This document shows positions 16,001 to 31,000 of a stretch of 64,000 bases of DNA, in pieces. The translations under genes were made by a program, and so were the position numbers. Source of the stretch: Antedon mediterranea (lineage: Eukaryota; Animalia; Echinodermata); NCBI RefSeq assembly GCF_964355755.1, contig NC_092680.1, positions 9,238,001 through 9,302,000 on the forward strand, given 5' to 3'. Position 1 is the first letter of the stretch, and the number at the start of each line of letters is the position of its first letter. The notes under the pieces are model-generated. The model was not told the origin of the DNA, ran no database searches, and worked only from the letters and a program-made list of their open reading frames with translations.

Positions 16001-19000
16001 AGTAGTTTTTGACTGACCTGTTGCTCATGGCTTAGTCTTGGTTTCATGGTGTTGAGGAATTTAGATGTGTTACCCGCTGTTGGTACTATCCACACAGAAA
16101 GAGAACCATCTTCACCTCCACTATAATATATCAAAATAATATCAACTAGATTTAATTCATCACTATGACAAATTTTAGGTTATATGCATTGATTTAAATA
16201 AAGATAATTGATTTTTAAAAGATATATTGATTGATTGATTTTGTCAGAATCTTTAATTAATTATAATATATGAAAGATAGGAGCTTGCTAATGCAAATAC
16301 AATAGGTGGTATCACAATCCGGTCAAAGATCCCCGTGCGTATAATGTCATAAACCAGCATAGTAATAAAGACATAAGTTTCCTAGATTTAATAATAATAA
16401 TAATAAGATTTTTATAGCGCACAAACCACTCCAGAGTGCTCAATGCGCATTTAAAAATAAAAAAGAAATAAATCATACAAATTATACAGATACAGATTTC
16501 ATTATAAATCATGCATATAATCATGGAGTAATAATTAGATTACTCCATGGTATAATCTATACACTAAGAAATAAAATTGAAAAAACAATACGGATAAAAA
16601 AAAATCTTATTTTGTTTTGTTTTCCAAGGTGAGACTCAATCTCGGTACCTTGAATGACGAGAGTTCAGACCACCGAGCCATACACAACTGACTCCTCCGT
16701 GTATTTACTATGTAGTAACCACTTTAGTAGTTTATTACATACCGCAATGAATCATAGATTGATTTTAAGTTTGTTATTTCGGTCCAAAAAAATGTCACAG
16801 TTTGTTTGATTGTCGAAATAAAACAATTTTAATTTAATATGCAATTAATGATGATGTAATCAACCCTTTTTCTCTTAATTTTATAATAAATCATACATAC
16901 ACTTTAAGAAAATGAAAATGCAAAATAGTGGTTCCCGAGCATTCTGAAGATCTATACTAATTTTAAAATTTAGCATATTTTCACCATTTTGTTAACTTAC
17001 ATGTGCGTTTTGACATGCTTGTATAACATAGTTTCAAGTAGAAAAGTGAATAAAATATGTATAAAATTACTAAAGAAAGGTTGTAAAACAGAAATCCGCA
17101 AAAAGAGTGCTAAGGAAAGAATAAATAAATAAAGATTCTGACAGAATCAATAAGGTTATATGCATGATAATGCATATAACCTACTTAGGATACATTCATA
17201 GTTGTACGTGCAAATCATTAGAACTTGTATTGCAGTAAGGCACACGCAATAACTTACATTGCTAACATAAGATGAGGATTGTTACACATGGCTGGTAGTT
17301 GGCACCACTGAAATGCTGTGACACTAGAGGAATGTTGTAGACTCCAGTCCAGATTGTAACCACCACTAACCTCCTGCCAGATCTTAACAGTGTCATCATT
17401 AATGGCACTGCTGGCTAAAAGGTGGCCCGTTACATCCCATGATAAACAGGTAATTGAAGTCTAAAGAAGATAAATATGATTAGAATGAGATAGAATCGCT
17501 TTCAAATTCTTACATCCTTGAACGAATCCAAAATCTGGACTGCTTGTTTTGTAAGATAGTTTACACAGTTAGTGAAAAACTAAAGCTTTATTTATCAAAC
17601 CAATGATTTACCTTGTGAGCTTGTATAGGTCTACTAGGATCACATTCAAATGAATCTCTACTACACATATGTATCATACCATCCTTATAACCGACTGCAA
17701 ATCTTTGATCTTCATCATACCATGCTAAACAGCACACAGCAACTACATAATAGCAACAGAAATTAGTTTTAGAAGAAATATACATTGGTTTCTTGCTGCA
17801 AAACAAACAATGGGAAATACATGTTTTAACACTATAGCGAACCCCTATTCAGGGAGCACTCCAATAAATAACCTTACCTGATATAAATACATTAAGAAAA
17901 TGGTCTGACTTTAATGACAGAATATATGCTTTCCAATGGCAAATTGGAAGGAATTCTAAGTTGTTTTGTCTTCTTATGCTAGTACATAATAAACATTATT
18001 ATCAAGAATTTGCAGCACACTAACCATCATCCCTGTAGCATTGCTCTAGCTCAGTTCTGTGAAATGTTGAATGATCAATAACCTCAATGACAGCAATTGA
18101 CCCATCTAGTCTGCCTACCAGCAGTGTATCAGTGCACATGCCAACTCTACCATCCAAAAGGCCTTTCTCCTGTGGCCAGGTCACTGCTGTCACTATATTG
18201 CACTGGACATCAAGGTACCCACGGTTTACTGAAGTTGAAAATTTTAGATTTATTCCCTTTTGAAGTACAAGTTACATACAAGTACAAGAATTAAAAACAA
18301 AAATAGCAATTAACGAAAATTAAGCAATTAATGAAAATGGACTAGAAAAATTATTTTTAAAAGATGCACTGGGTTCTTTTAACTTTACTTACTTGACTAC
18401 TTTATTGTTGAAAAATAAGCTATACTTATACATTCATCAATATCTTAGGTAAGGTCATATTTCAGAAAAATTGAACAATAATGGATGATTACTGTGACCT
18501 TTGCAAGAGCAGATTTAAAGGGATTAATGCTAGATGCAGCATCAGCTCGGGCAATGTGTTCTATTCATTCAAAAAGTGTACACAGTTTGATATCCTTACT
18601 CGAAATTTATCGTAGCAATTATTAGGCCTAAACCGATCAGAGTACAGACCCCCAGTCAATTCCAAAGAGGCAATCAGTCAACTTTTTACCAAAATATCAA
18701 GTTTTTCGACAGGGGCTAGCTCAGATATACTGAAAGAACACTACTTACCACTAACAAACCAAATATTCAGCATGTTATCTAGTGTTCCAGCTACAATCAT
18801 TCCATTTGAGTTGATACATAAATTAGCAATATCTTGGCCTTCATAATCATCCAGTGAGTATTGACTGTAATCAGAACTTTTACTAAATATACAGGTTTGT
18901 TGTAGCACATAAGAGGCTTTACCAGACAGCTTCCACAGGCGCACTGTGCCATCATATCCACTGTAACAAAAGAAAGTGCAAGGTAAAATGTCAACTGGAT

Positions 19001-22000
19001 CTTCCTTGGTAATAACTAACCATTGTGAAGAAAAATTAACAAAATTGGTTCACATAAATATTGGTACTACTACTCCGTGGAGAATTACAGATTTAAGAGC
19101 TTGGTGAAAATTGAGGGGCTGTCCTGTGCGTAGCTGTCCTGAGAGGAGTAGTATTTGTAATAGGATTCTATGTTACTGAATGAAAGTATAATAATATATA
19201 AAATTGTGTTACCTGGTTGCAAGCAGACCTTTCTTGTCATTCCACACACATTTTGTGACTCTATTTTGATGAGCATCAAGCTTGCTGACATGAGCTGTAG
19301 GCAGACTGCCTGGGATGTCAACAAGCATCCTCACATCCTCATGAAATCTCTTAGACTGTACAGCTAAGCTCTTAACAAGTTGTTCTGCTGCCCACTGCTT
19401 ATACTGGGCTGCTAGCCTAGCTGAGAGGCAGCATGCAGCTAGGGCATTAGTTAGATGAAGGGGTCCGAGCTTTGATTGCATATTTTCTTTATTGCACAAT
19501 TCTGGTTTATCTAATTAAAATCAGATTTTTAGACATTATTAATTAATTATTATTCAGCTACAGAAAGTGTTAAAAGACAAGGGTGCCAGTATGTGGACTA
19601 GGATTGGAGACTTCAATGAGGTTAATTTATGGTTCCTACCGGTTACAATAATGTTAATATTAAACAAAAGATATACCTTGTGATATGCTGTGTAAGGTAT
19701 TTGTTTCAGCAAGGAGGCCCACAAGAGCTTGAGTGACCGCAAAGCTTGGTGATGTCAGGGCTTTCTGGTCAGATGTCGAAGCAGCTTGCCGTGAGGTATT
19801 TCTACCAGTGTTGATGGCAGAGGTGTTTAATCCACATGCAGCCATCATCAAATCCTAACGTTTAAAATTTAATATATAGTCAACAATTGTGTATTTTTTT
19901 CTGTGTATTTTGATAATTATGTGAACATTTCATAGCTAATCGTACTTAAGGGTTATACTTTGTTGGTTCCCAAAGGTGTCCCTTAAATGAGGGCTTCTAC
20001 TGTATCTATCATCAAATGTTATGTTTTAAGTATATTTATTCAGTTATTAAATATTTCAGAATAAAATTTCTTATAAGTTTAAAAAAAAAAACTAAGATTA
20101 CAAAATCACTGAGAATTGACAATCATTTCCTGTGATGTCTGTTGCCAACATATTTGGTGTAGAAGAACATACCTGTGTACACAACTGAATAAGGACTTTA
20201 GATGCATTCTGGTTACATGAACACAAGAGACCAATCACAGAGCTTAAGCAAGATAAACTTGATGCTGATCTTGATACACCATCCTGTATACTGTCATTAA
20301 TGTTCTCTGGGATTCCTGGCATGTTTGAGATGACATTCAGTTCAGTTCTACCAGCTGCAGCTAAGCACATCAACCGGACAACTAGACGGATGTCAGCTAG
20401 GCCTAGCAACTCTAAATTCTTTGTCTGATCACTTGTTGACCAACTGAAAACAAATGTTTACGAAATGGAGGTCTACAATTATAAATATATTTAGTTTACA
20501 AGATCCAACACATGCTTTCCAATATCATTTTAGTCTACTAGCACATCTGTACTTTCACCTAGCCGATCACCTGAAGACGTATGGTGATTAAGCCTATTAA
20601 CAGTTGGAGCTCTACTAAAGGGTGACATTAAGTTTTTAAAACACACCATTTTAGTTCTTCAATCATTTTATTTTTAGAACTTGTTAAAAGAAAAATATTA
20701 TCATGACAACTTCAACATTGGCTCTTACCTGACTGAGAGTACAGATAGTGCCCTGATGATAATAGCTCTTGCTAGTAGTACCTGCATTGTAGCAGCTGTT
20801 TTTTTCAACGCTACAGTTCTGTCTTGAGCATTGGTTAACACAGCAACCTGCTCACCCAGACTCACTCGCCAAACTCCAGCCTCTCGTCTGTTTCCTGCTT
20901 TAGATAAAAACATAATGATACAATAGTCTCAATTATAACAGAAATATAATAAAATTCAATGGAATGGATAAAAAGATCAATAAACCTTTCATTTACCACT
21001 CTAACAACTAACAACTCTTAAATTTACTTACCTGCATTATCTGCTTGTGGTACTGGGTACTCGGAATGTATCGTTTTAGCACCAAGGGGGTCATTTTCAG
21101 TAAATTGCACAGGATCAGCAACTTGGTGGTTGGAAGACAGGCCTAACCTCTCCATAATATTCTCAAATTGCTCTAAACCTGATATAGGATCTTCATCGAC
21201 AGCTGTTGTTTCAAAATCATCTAAACAAATATTATTGAAAAAAAATGTTACGCAATCTTATATAAGGTCAAATATATTCAAGTAAATACATATTACTAAT
21301 GATATAGCTATTAATTATTTAATTGTCTTAGTTTTTTGTTCTGAAATTAAGAATAATTTATAAATTACACCTTACCATCAATTGTGCCTTCTGGAGAAAT
21401 GTTAAAATCAAACATAATTTTCTTTGGTAACCTACGTCCAAGGTAACTTTCACGACAATCACGGCACATCAGGTAATACGGGCAACCTGTACCGCAAGCA
21501 CCACCAAACCAACCACCAACATAACAACCATTACCACGGTATCCCATCTGACCACATGCCTGACCACAGCCTGCATGATGTATTTTCATATGACGGTTGA
21601 AATACATGGTAGTTGTTCCACAGAGTTCGCATGTCACACTTGTTTCTCCCTCTTCCCCATCATTGCTTCGCTAAAATATAATCATTTTGAATGATTACTT
21701 TTATGACATATATATTACATCTCATGAAACATGTAGCCATCCCTAGTTGTATTAGTGAACCAGTAAAGATTCAAGAATGTAATAAAGGGGTTACATCCTA
21801 ACCCCATAACTAGTCAAATGTTGTACCTAAGTCATACTCTTTCATATACAAGTCTGTAATCAAGAGAGTTACCTCTGGGTCCCAAAGGCCTTGTAATTCT
21901 TGATCTAAGGATGAGAAATCAGCAGAGTACAAATCACGCATAATATCCTCATCTAGGTCCATATCCTCATCTTCAAACATCATGTCTTGCTGGAAATGAT

Positions 22001-25000
22001 CTTGAAGTGATGTAACAAGGTTTCTGGTTTGTGCTGCAAAAAAACAAACAAATATTCAATATTATTTATATAAATAAACACTAGTAAAGTTATGTATTTG
22101 GTACACCATTTGTTTTCAAAGGGAAACAAATGGTTGAGTATGTCTCGATGCTTTGGTTGTTATGCTACGCCCATATTCTGGACAACTGAACGTTGAGGAC
22201 ATTCTCAACTATACTTTATTTCCTTTACTTATAAGTAGTTACGATTAAGTTGCTTAGAATGGAACACCTAGAAAACTCTGAAGAGTTTCGTTTTGCTAGG
22301 CAATGTCAAAGGGGTATTACCACAACATGACAATTTGAGTGGGTTTTTAAACTTTAAATTTGACATGTTTCACACTCACCAATGCGTCTTCCTCTCCTTA
22401 TCATTACGCTAATTGTTAATGGATGCGAGTTATCAAGAAAAGGCACACGACCAGCTCGCCCCGCTGCTGTCTCGTGGTTGCCCGGATAATATTCTTCACG
22501 GTCACTCCTTAAAGAAATCAATTTCAATGCAATGTTTGTAAAGTTGATATTTTATAAGATTTAATTAGCTGCTGATGCTATTTTTATACCGAAATAAGTT
22601 ATGTTTGCATCCATGAGATTTTAATTGAATTCTTGGCAGATTTTAAACTCTCCATATTTATGTATAATTTAATGTAATTGCGGCAGAAATGCTTGAATAT
22701 CAGTGAGACAAAATAAAAACTTTAAAGGTATTACTATTACAAATACTGATATAAGAATAAATCAACTAGCAGATGATACTAGTGTTCTTCTTGCAGGATT
22801 AATATTCACTGAATACAGCAATAGAAATTCTTTTCTAAATTTTCTGGTCTAAATGTCAATTTTGATAAAAGTAATATTTTAAGACTAGGCACTTTTACCA
22901 ATAAAACAAACTAAAAAGGAAAATATTGTATAATGAATTAGACAAGGGTGATTAAAAAATGACACATATTTTGAGTTACATCCACTCTTAGTCTTAAATT
23001 GTGTTGGATAAAACGGTACCTGAATAATGGGGATGCAAAATGGAAAGTTTTTTTAACCACTTTGGAGGCCATTGGTGATAAAAACATATTCACTTTTAAT
23101 TTTTCTCCTCTGCTTACAAAATTCTCAGAATTTTATAGAGATGTACTGCTAGCCTGGATTGTATAACATTATTCACCAAATCCAAGTACTGCAAATGAAA
23201 TATGTAGTCAGGTACTTTAGAACAATTATTGTTTTGTTAAGAGAACCTTTAATATCTAAAACTTGTGATGGAATGCAGGTATCCGTACTATTAAAGATAT
23301 AACTAATTCCAAAAGATCTTTCCTTAAAATTGAAGTTCTTTTGTATGGTACGATTCTGCATTCTATCCCAATGAACTGGAAGGTAATTCTTCATGAAAAC
23401 CAAGAAATATTTAATAAAGCTGCTATTATTGTCATGAAACTGTATATAAAATTAAAAGAACATGTAATAAATTACAAATGTTACAAACAATATCAATGAA
23501 GTAAATTTGAAATGCTCAAACATGGGCAATTTTGATTTAAAAGACTCATTTTTGTTACTCCATAATACACATTGATGGCAAAGTAAAAGCTTTAAAATTT
23601 AAATACCTACACAAAATTATTTTTACAAATGAAAGGTTGTTCAGGATCAGATTAACTGAATCCGAATGTGTTCCTTTTGTAAAAAAGAGATAGCCAATTT
23701 ACTTCACATGTTTGTATAATGTAACATGTGCCGTCCTTTACTTTCCACTCCAACCCAATAATGAGATATGGCAATTTGCCTGAAAAAACAGGTCAAAGGT
23801 CAAATATGGTATTTCTGGTCATTATTTGAGAAAAAAACTTTATTATAGTAAATAGAAATGTTTATGTTCTGAACATTTTGACACCAACATTAACTCTCTA
23901 TGACAAGTAGTTTTATGGATATCAAAATATATGAACCGTAACAAGGTTGGCAATTGCACCGTAAAGGTCAAAGGCAAAACTGAGTACTTAAGGTCATTTT
24001 TGGATAAAATGTTTCATTAAACTAAATAGTAACATATATATTCTGAACAATTTGACACCAAAATAAACTGACTGTGACAACTATTTACTGAGATATGGCA
24101 ATGCCTTAAAATATGGGTCAAAGGTTAAAACTGGTACTTCCGGTCATTAAAAAAAAAAAACTTCATTAGAGTAAATAGGAATGTTTATGTTCTGAACATT
24201 TTGAGCTAAAAATCAACTCTCTATGACCAGAGATATAGACTGTTTAAGCAAAAATGTCCGCCATTTTAAATTATGCAAATTAGGTGACCCAAGGGGTCAT
24301 TTTGCTTGGCGCCCATCAACAATTTAATTTGTATAGGGTGGGCAACCTGTATACCAAATTTGGTGCTTTTGGAAGAAAATGAACCAAACACCCTTATTTC
24401 AGCCCTAACAGACTCCACTTATTATGGATATTTGATGAAAACCTGATTTTTTAACTAACATAACTAATGCACCTTTTTTTAATTTTTGATTGCTACCATG
24501 TTAGATTCCAAAATAGTTGGTATTTTGGAACATAAACCTCATAATAACTGCAATTTTGGACCACGAAGAAAAATTATTTTGGTACAAAATCAAAAAATAT
24601 CATGACATACAGATAGTATATGGTGGCCATTATTGGATTCAATGGCATAGTTGCTGTATTTTATGTATTTGTCAAATAGTTTGTTTGTCCTTAGGTTGTA
24701 TTAGGTTGAATTAATAGATAGATGTACTTACTCCTCCCAGCCAATGGCTGAACTCTCACGTTCTGCAATCGGTGCAATAGGTAGCGGGTCTGACCTGTCC
24801 GATTGCAAACTGGCAGCAAGAGACGGAGGTGGAGTTGTAAAATCTGGGCCATCCCCCACCTCTACACCATCGTCATCATTGTATGGGTGTTCCACCATCC
24901 ATGATACAAGTGCATTGATGCGTTCAATATCACCATCTCCAGTAGAACCTTGAAAAATAACTGAGCATGATATACCTTATATTTATTATGGATTGTAATT

Positions 25001-28000
25001 ATGATGAGACATAATACATTGTAATTATGAGACATAATACATTGTAATTATGAGACATAATACATTGTAATTATGAGACCTAATATTGAAATTAGCAAAT
25101 AGAACATACCGTTAGCTAACAATGCTTGTTGTATGTGATTCATTGTAAAGCCCATATCAAGTAAAGATCTACTAATATTAGGTGGTGAGTTCATTAATAT
25201 AGACTTTGTACTTGAACTCCTTACTCCTCCTGGGGTTAATGGTCCTCTTGCTGGGCTTGGTAGAGGGCCAACAACACCTACATAAATAATAAAGATAATT
25301 CATGTAAAATACCATTACTAAAGATGAGAAATCTGCGAGTGGAAAAAGTCAGCCATATTTTAAAACACACCACCATAATAGCAATAAAAATGACAACTTT
25401 GCATCAGGAACCTTTGCATTACACGCTTTTTCCTTGGGTCCCACCTGAGAATTACTTCTCAATGCAAGTATTAATTACAATTTACTTCAAAAGTAATAAC
25501 AAAAACATAAATAAAAACGTAAATAAAATTGTAAATTAGAAATGTAACAATAAATACTTACCAGCATCCAATTCCAAAGGAGATATAGGTGGAGAGCCTG
25601 GGGGAGTAGGCAGTGGTCGGTTGGCTCTTCTGAGCAACGAGCTCAATGAGGCTGATGCATTGGTCCTAGACAGGCGTCTGACATGTCGCATAGGCCCGGT
25701 AGTAGAACTTGCTAGTTTTGAAATGTTAAACGATGAAGGACCCTCTGTCTGCGCTGTTGGGTTCTGGCTTAATTTATTATCTTTGATATAATCACTTGAA
25801 CTACTACTGCTACATACATCATTACCAACTACACAATAAAAAAATACAATACAATTTCATTGAACTATAATAAGCTTGATGATGTATTGCCGTTTAATTC
25901 TAAAATATTTAAATTCATCTGGCTTGAGCAACAAAACACTTTCAGGCTCTTTTAAATTCACTACACTGCTAAATTGACATATTATCATTTCTAAAAGGTG
26001 TCAAATGGTGTGAAAATGGTGTTAGAAATGCTACTGACCTAATTTTGACTCTCCTTCCTCAGAGTGTAAATAAGGACCTTCGGCAGCCATCTTCAACAAA
26101 ACTGAGTGTGCTCTCTCTAGTTCGGCTAAGCTGACAATTCTTTTGATGGGTGCTGGCATGACCGCTCTTTTCACCATGTGTCGCATGATTGAACGTAGAG
26201 TCTCTTGAATATCCACTGAAGAAACCTCTTCCTTTTTCTTTCCTTCATCTGATTCCTTATCCCTTTTTTCTTTCTTTTCACTTGATTTTGGCATTAGTAA
26301 GACTTCAGCAAATTTACCTGAGCCTATGATAACACTTAAACATTTCAAAGCAGCGACCTGAATAAATGCCTTTTTGACAGCTAGCATTTCGTTCTCAGCT
26401 TGTCCAGCTCGTTCATTCAATTCAGAACTTGTTAATCCAGGTATTTCTTTAGTTAATTTATCTTTCATTTTATCCCCAGATGTAACGTTTTCAACACAAA
26501 CACATAATGGTTCTTTAACTAAAGTGTTCTGTGAAGATGATGCCGATTCATTCAATTTTTTTTCTTCTCCAGTTTTTAAAACCTGGTTCTCCTCATTCAC
26601 TGAAATGGTATTTAGTAGTTCTGTCTTGACATTATGGTAGACAGCTTCAGCAATTTGGCTTGTGACACTGCGTACCATCTCATGACTCTCCAAGGCAGAC
26701 GTCGTACCAATTGCTTCCGTTCTTTCGTAAGCACTCACTACCTCAGCAATGTTATGGTCAGATTCACTACACAAAGCTAAAGACTTTGCAAATGATAAAC
26801 CCTGCAAATCCTTTGATGCACACCCTTCAACAGAATCAGTTTCCGTTGCAAATCCAGAACTCTGGGATCCATCAGAAGTTACTGATATGGAAACATCAGA
26901 GAATTTCTGAGAAAGTTGAGCACCAAGATTTGTTGATGGTGGTCTTACGAATTCCTGTTTAACATTTTCCGATTCCAATGCTGAAGCTATTTCCGAATCT
27001 AAAGATTTTTCCATCTCATCTTGTTCTTTGTGTCGTTTTGCTCGCTGTTTTACTAATTTTGCTTGCGTTTGTGATTGTTTCTTCTCGATTTTGATGTTTT
27101 CATCAACAATTCCACATAACAATAAAAGGTTTGACATTATTTCTGCATTAAGGCCTTTAAAAGTTGATGCATCAAATCCAACAGACTCAATAGGTTCTAG
27201 TCCTGAGATTGGTGTATCACTGAAAATACATCAATAATAGTTAAGCCTAATAAGTTTATTTAAATTTTAAAATATTATTATTGTGTAAAACGCACTAAAA
27301 GTTACTTTGATTTTGTAATCCTTCGTACATTAAAACTCAATAATGTCGTGGTAACTTCAATGTTTCTTTATTTCTTTTACCCTTTTTTTAGGGTCCTCTT
27401 TGACATCAATAAGTATACTAAGAGGCAACAATGGGTAATGTAAGGTCAAATCATTGGTTTATTCTAATCTATTGTTCTTTCTCATTGAAACATAAAAGAA
27501 TTCTCTAGAACACACCCTATTACGACCTTGGTGACAACACCTTACCTTTATCGGCTCCGACATATAAAAACCTTTAAGGCTGCAGTTTGAGTGCCCAGCG
27601 CATCAAGCGACCGTTTGTGACTTTGGCTTGATTTAGATATGTCAGCGGTTCGTGATCGGTCTGAAGGGTAAATTCTCGGCCATATAAATACTGTTAAAAT
27701 TTGTTCACACCCCAAATTATGGCCAAGCATTCTATCTCTATAATAGTATGCTTTTTTGAGCTGTAGGAGTTTGCGACTGGCATAATATCTCACCACTGTA
27801 AAAAGGCCGGCTCACGTCAGGCAATCGCATATGGGAGGATTTACAATCTTTTCTTTAAGCGTCCTAAATGGCAAAATTTGACTTGCTTCCCAGACGAGTT
27901 GATTGGGTTCATTCTTTTTTTGTTTTATCTGTTAACAGAACAGCGATGGCTGCATAATCTTGTATAAACTTTCTGTAATAATTGATCATTCCCAGAAAAG

Positions 28001-31000
28001 ACCTTAGTTGATTTTTAGTTGACCTGATATAGGTCAACCATTCTTTAAAAAAGTAGACAATTTAGAATTCAATGTTTGATTTATTCAAATACATTGAAAT
28101 GTATTTCATGTTTTTTATAAATTTGTTTTTTCCTTTTTATCAAATGAATTATCTGAATATTCATTTATTTTAAGTTAATCGTCTTTGTCCCATACGGTTT
28201 CCCTAACAAACTGATTACACTGGTTATGTTGTTAGCCTATGCAGTTAATTAATTTAAAGGGGCTGACAGTGGTGCATCCAGCATGTTGAATTAGGGGGAC
28301 CCGGCTGTGGAGAAGCAAATTTTGGTAAATAATACTGTAGATGGTTGGAAATGGTACTCTCGCACATAAAATTCATGACAAATGACATCTAAATGGCCGT
28401 AAATGTATGCGCAGCAATCAGATAATCAGCGATTTTTTTTTCCCAGCGGTAAAAACACAATTGTTGTCGTCATTCTTCAAACAGAGTCAGTGTTGTGAAG
28501 CAAAAAAATTAAAATCAAACAATCTTTATTTACCTTACAGTTGCATCTGTGTCTTCCCACTGTACCTTTGCCGATGTCCCTCCTTCTTTCAGTACCCCTA
28601 ACAATGTGGCTTCTCTTGATGTTTGTCTGTGAATGCATCTACCTCCCATTCTGAGACCTTGATCAACTCCACCTATTACTGCTAATACTGGCCACAAACT
28701 ATTGCATAATGTGTTTAAATCTGTATTGGTAAAGAAAGAATACAAAATGTAAATAATAATGATTGTTCGTTTCACAGGAAAGTGTCCCCTAAATAGGTGT
28801 CCCAAAAGAAAGTAAAGGATTTTACTTTATTTTAAATGGTGGGACAACGGTCCAAATTGCATGCAATATCACTTTAAAAGGAGGGAATAGAAGTAGCACC
28901 AAAAGTAGCACCAGTAAGAGAAGAGATAGGAACAGCCAAACATGAAGCGAGAAAAAAAACAATATTACAAAATATGAAAATTTAACTTCACCTTCAACTA
29001 CTTTTTTATCTTCTTTATCATTATCCTTTGATTGTTCATTTTCATTTTTATTTATTATTTTTGACATTTCTGCATCCGATTTCTTAATTCCTTGTTTACC
29101 TTCCGACTCAGGCTTTCGTTCATTCAGTTCTACCTTTCTTGTACCTTTTTCACTGCCATCATCCTTAATAGCGGCATACAAATGCCCCAAGTTACTCAGT
29201 CGGGAAATAATCATAGAGTTAACCACTTTAGACCAGTTGCTGTTCCGTTGCAGGGTTCGTATCAAAGATATATTTGCTTCTGCCATAGCACACGCACTCG
29301 GGCCACAGAAGGGATCACCTGGACGCAGGTCTCGTGGAGCCCCTCGCACTTGCATGTCGCATACTTTAACCTTTTCTCCTGGGTTTGTGCTATAGAAGAC
29401 AACCACTGGAAAAAGTTCACTGGCATCTACATCCTCAAATGCTAACCTTGGCTCCTATAAAAAAACAACAACTATCATTTTTCTTTCAAATTTGGTTGTA
29501 TGATGATAAATTAGAAAAATGACACTGCCATATGACAATCAGTGTGCATGTTAATGTGTTAAATGACTGCCATATGACAATCAATGTGCATGTTAATGTG
29601 TTAAATGACTCTGCCATATGACAATCAATGTGCATGTTAATGTGTTAAATGACTCTGCCATATGACAATCAATGTGCATGTTAATGTGTTAAATGACTCT
29701 GCCATATGACAATCAGTGTGCATGTTAATGTGTTAAATGACTCTGCCATATGACAATCAGTGTGCATGTTAATGTGTTAAATGATTCTGCCATATGACAA
29801 TCAGTGTGCATGTTAATGTGTTAAATGACTCTGCCATATGACAATCAATGTGCATGTTAATGTGTTAAATGACACTGCCATATGACAATCAGTGTGCATG
29901 TTAATGTGTTAAATGACACTGCTATATGACAATCAATGTGCATGTTAATGTGTTAAATGACACTGCCATATGATAATCAGTGTGCATGTTAATGTGTTAA
30001 AAAACTCTGCCATATGACAATCAGTGTGCATGTTAATGTGTTAAATGACACTGCCATATGACAATCAATGTGCATGTTAATGTGTTAAATGACACTGCCA
30101 TATGACAATCAGTGTGCATGTTAATGTGTTAAAAGACTCTGCCATATGACAATCAGTGTGCATGTTAATGTGTCAAATGACACTGCCATATGACAATCAG
30201 TGTGCATGTTAATGTATTAAATGACTCTGCCATATGACAATCAGTGTGCATGTTAATGTGTTAAATGACTCTGCCATATGACAATCAGTATGCATGTTAA
30301 TGTGTTAAATGACTCTGCCATATGACAATCAGTGTGCATGTTAATGTGTTAAATGACACTGCCATATGACAATCAGTGTGCATGTTAATGTGTTAAATGA
30401 CACTGCCATATGACAATCAGTGTGCATGCTAATGTGTTAAATGACTCTGCCATATGACAATCAGTGTGCATGTTAATGTGTTAAATGACTCTGCCACATG
30501 TTGTGTTATAAGAGCATGAATTGCCAAAACAATTATTTGACTGAAAGCTTTGCTCAATGGCATGGCAATTTTAAAAAAACTACTTGATTTGAAAAATATT
30601 TCATAAATGTATATCTGTCTGAACGTGTAAAAAGCAACACAGAAAACCTGTTCAACAGGCAGGCCTACCTCTCCATTCTTGCCAAATGATACAGTCCTTG
30701 CTTCCATGTCCAACACACATGTTATGGTGTCTCCTTGTGTGAAGCCAGGGAATGTGATGGAGTGTTCCCCATTGTGGTACAGGTTACCACTGTAAGCCCT
30801 GTATAACCACATGTCACCAGTGTTGCGATGGCTAAAGTCACGCACAGGATACTTGGACACTCCTACACATGTTCCCTCATTTCCCTTGTTTTCCTTCATA
30901 ATTACAAACTAGAAAAAAGGTAATATAATATAGTAGGGTAAACTCTCACAAGACTTGACACCATTAAACGTAAACATCTCAGTTACAAGTTACAACCCTA

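Noticed and set aside
26374-27237. Plus-strand ORFs opposite HERC1 exons, and minus-strand ORFs opposite retroelement genes
   Set aside because: Antisense shadow ORFs with no recognisable motifs.
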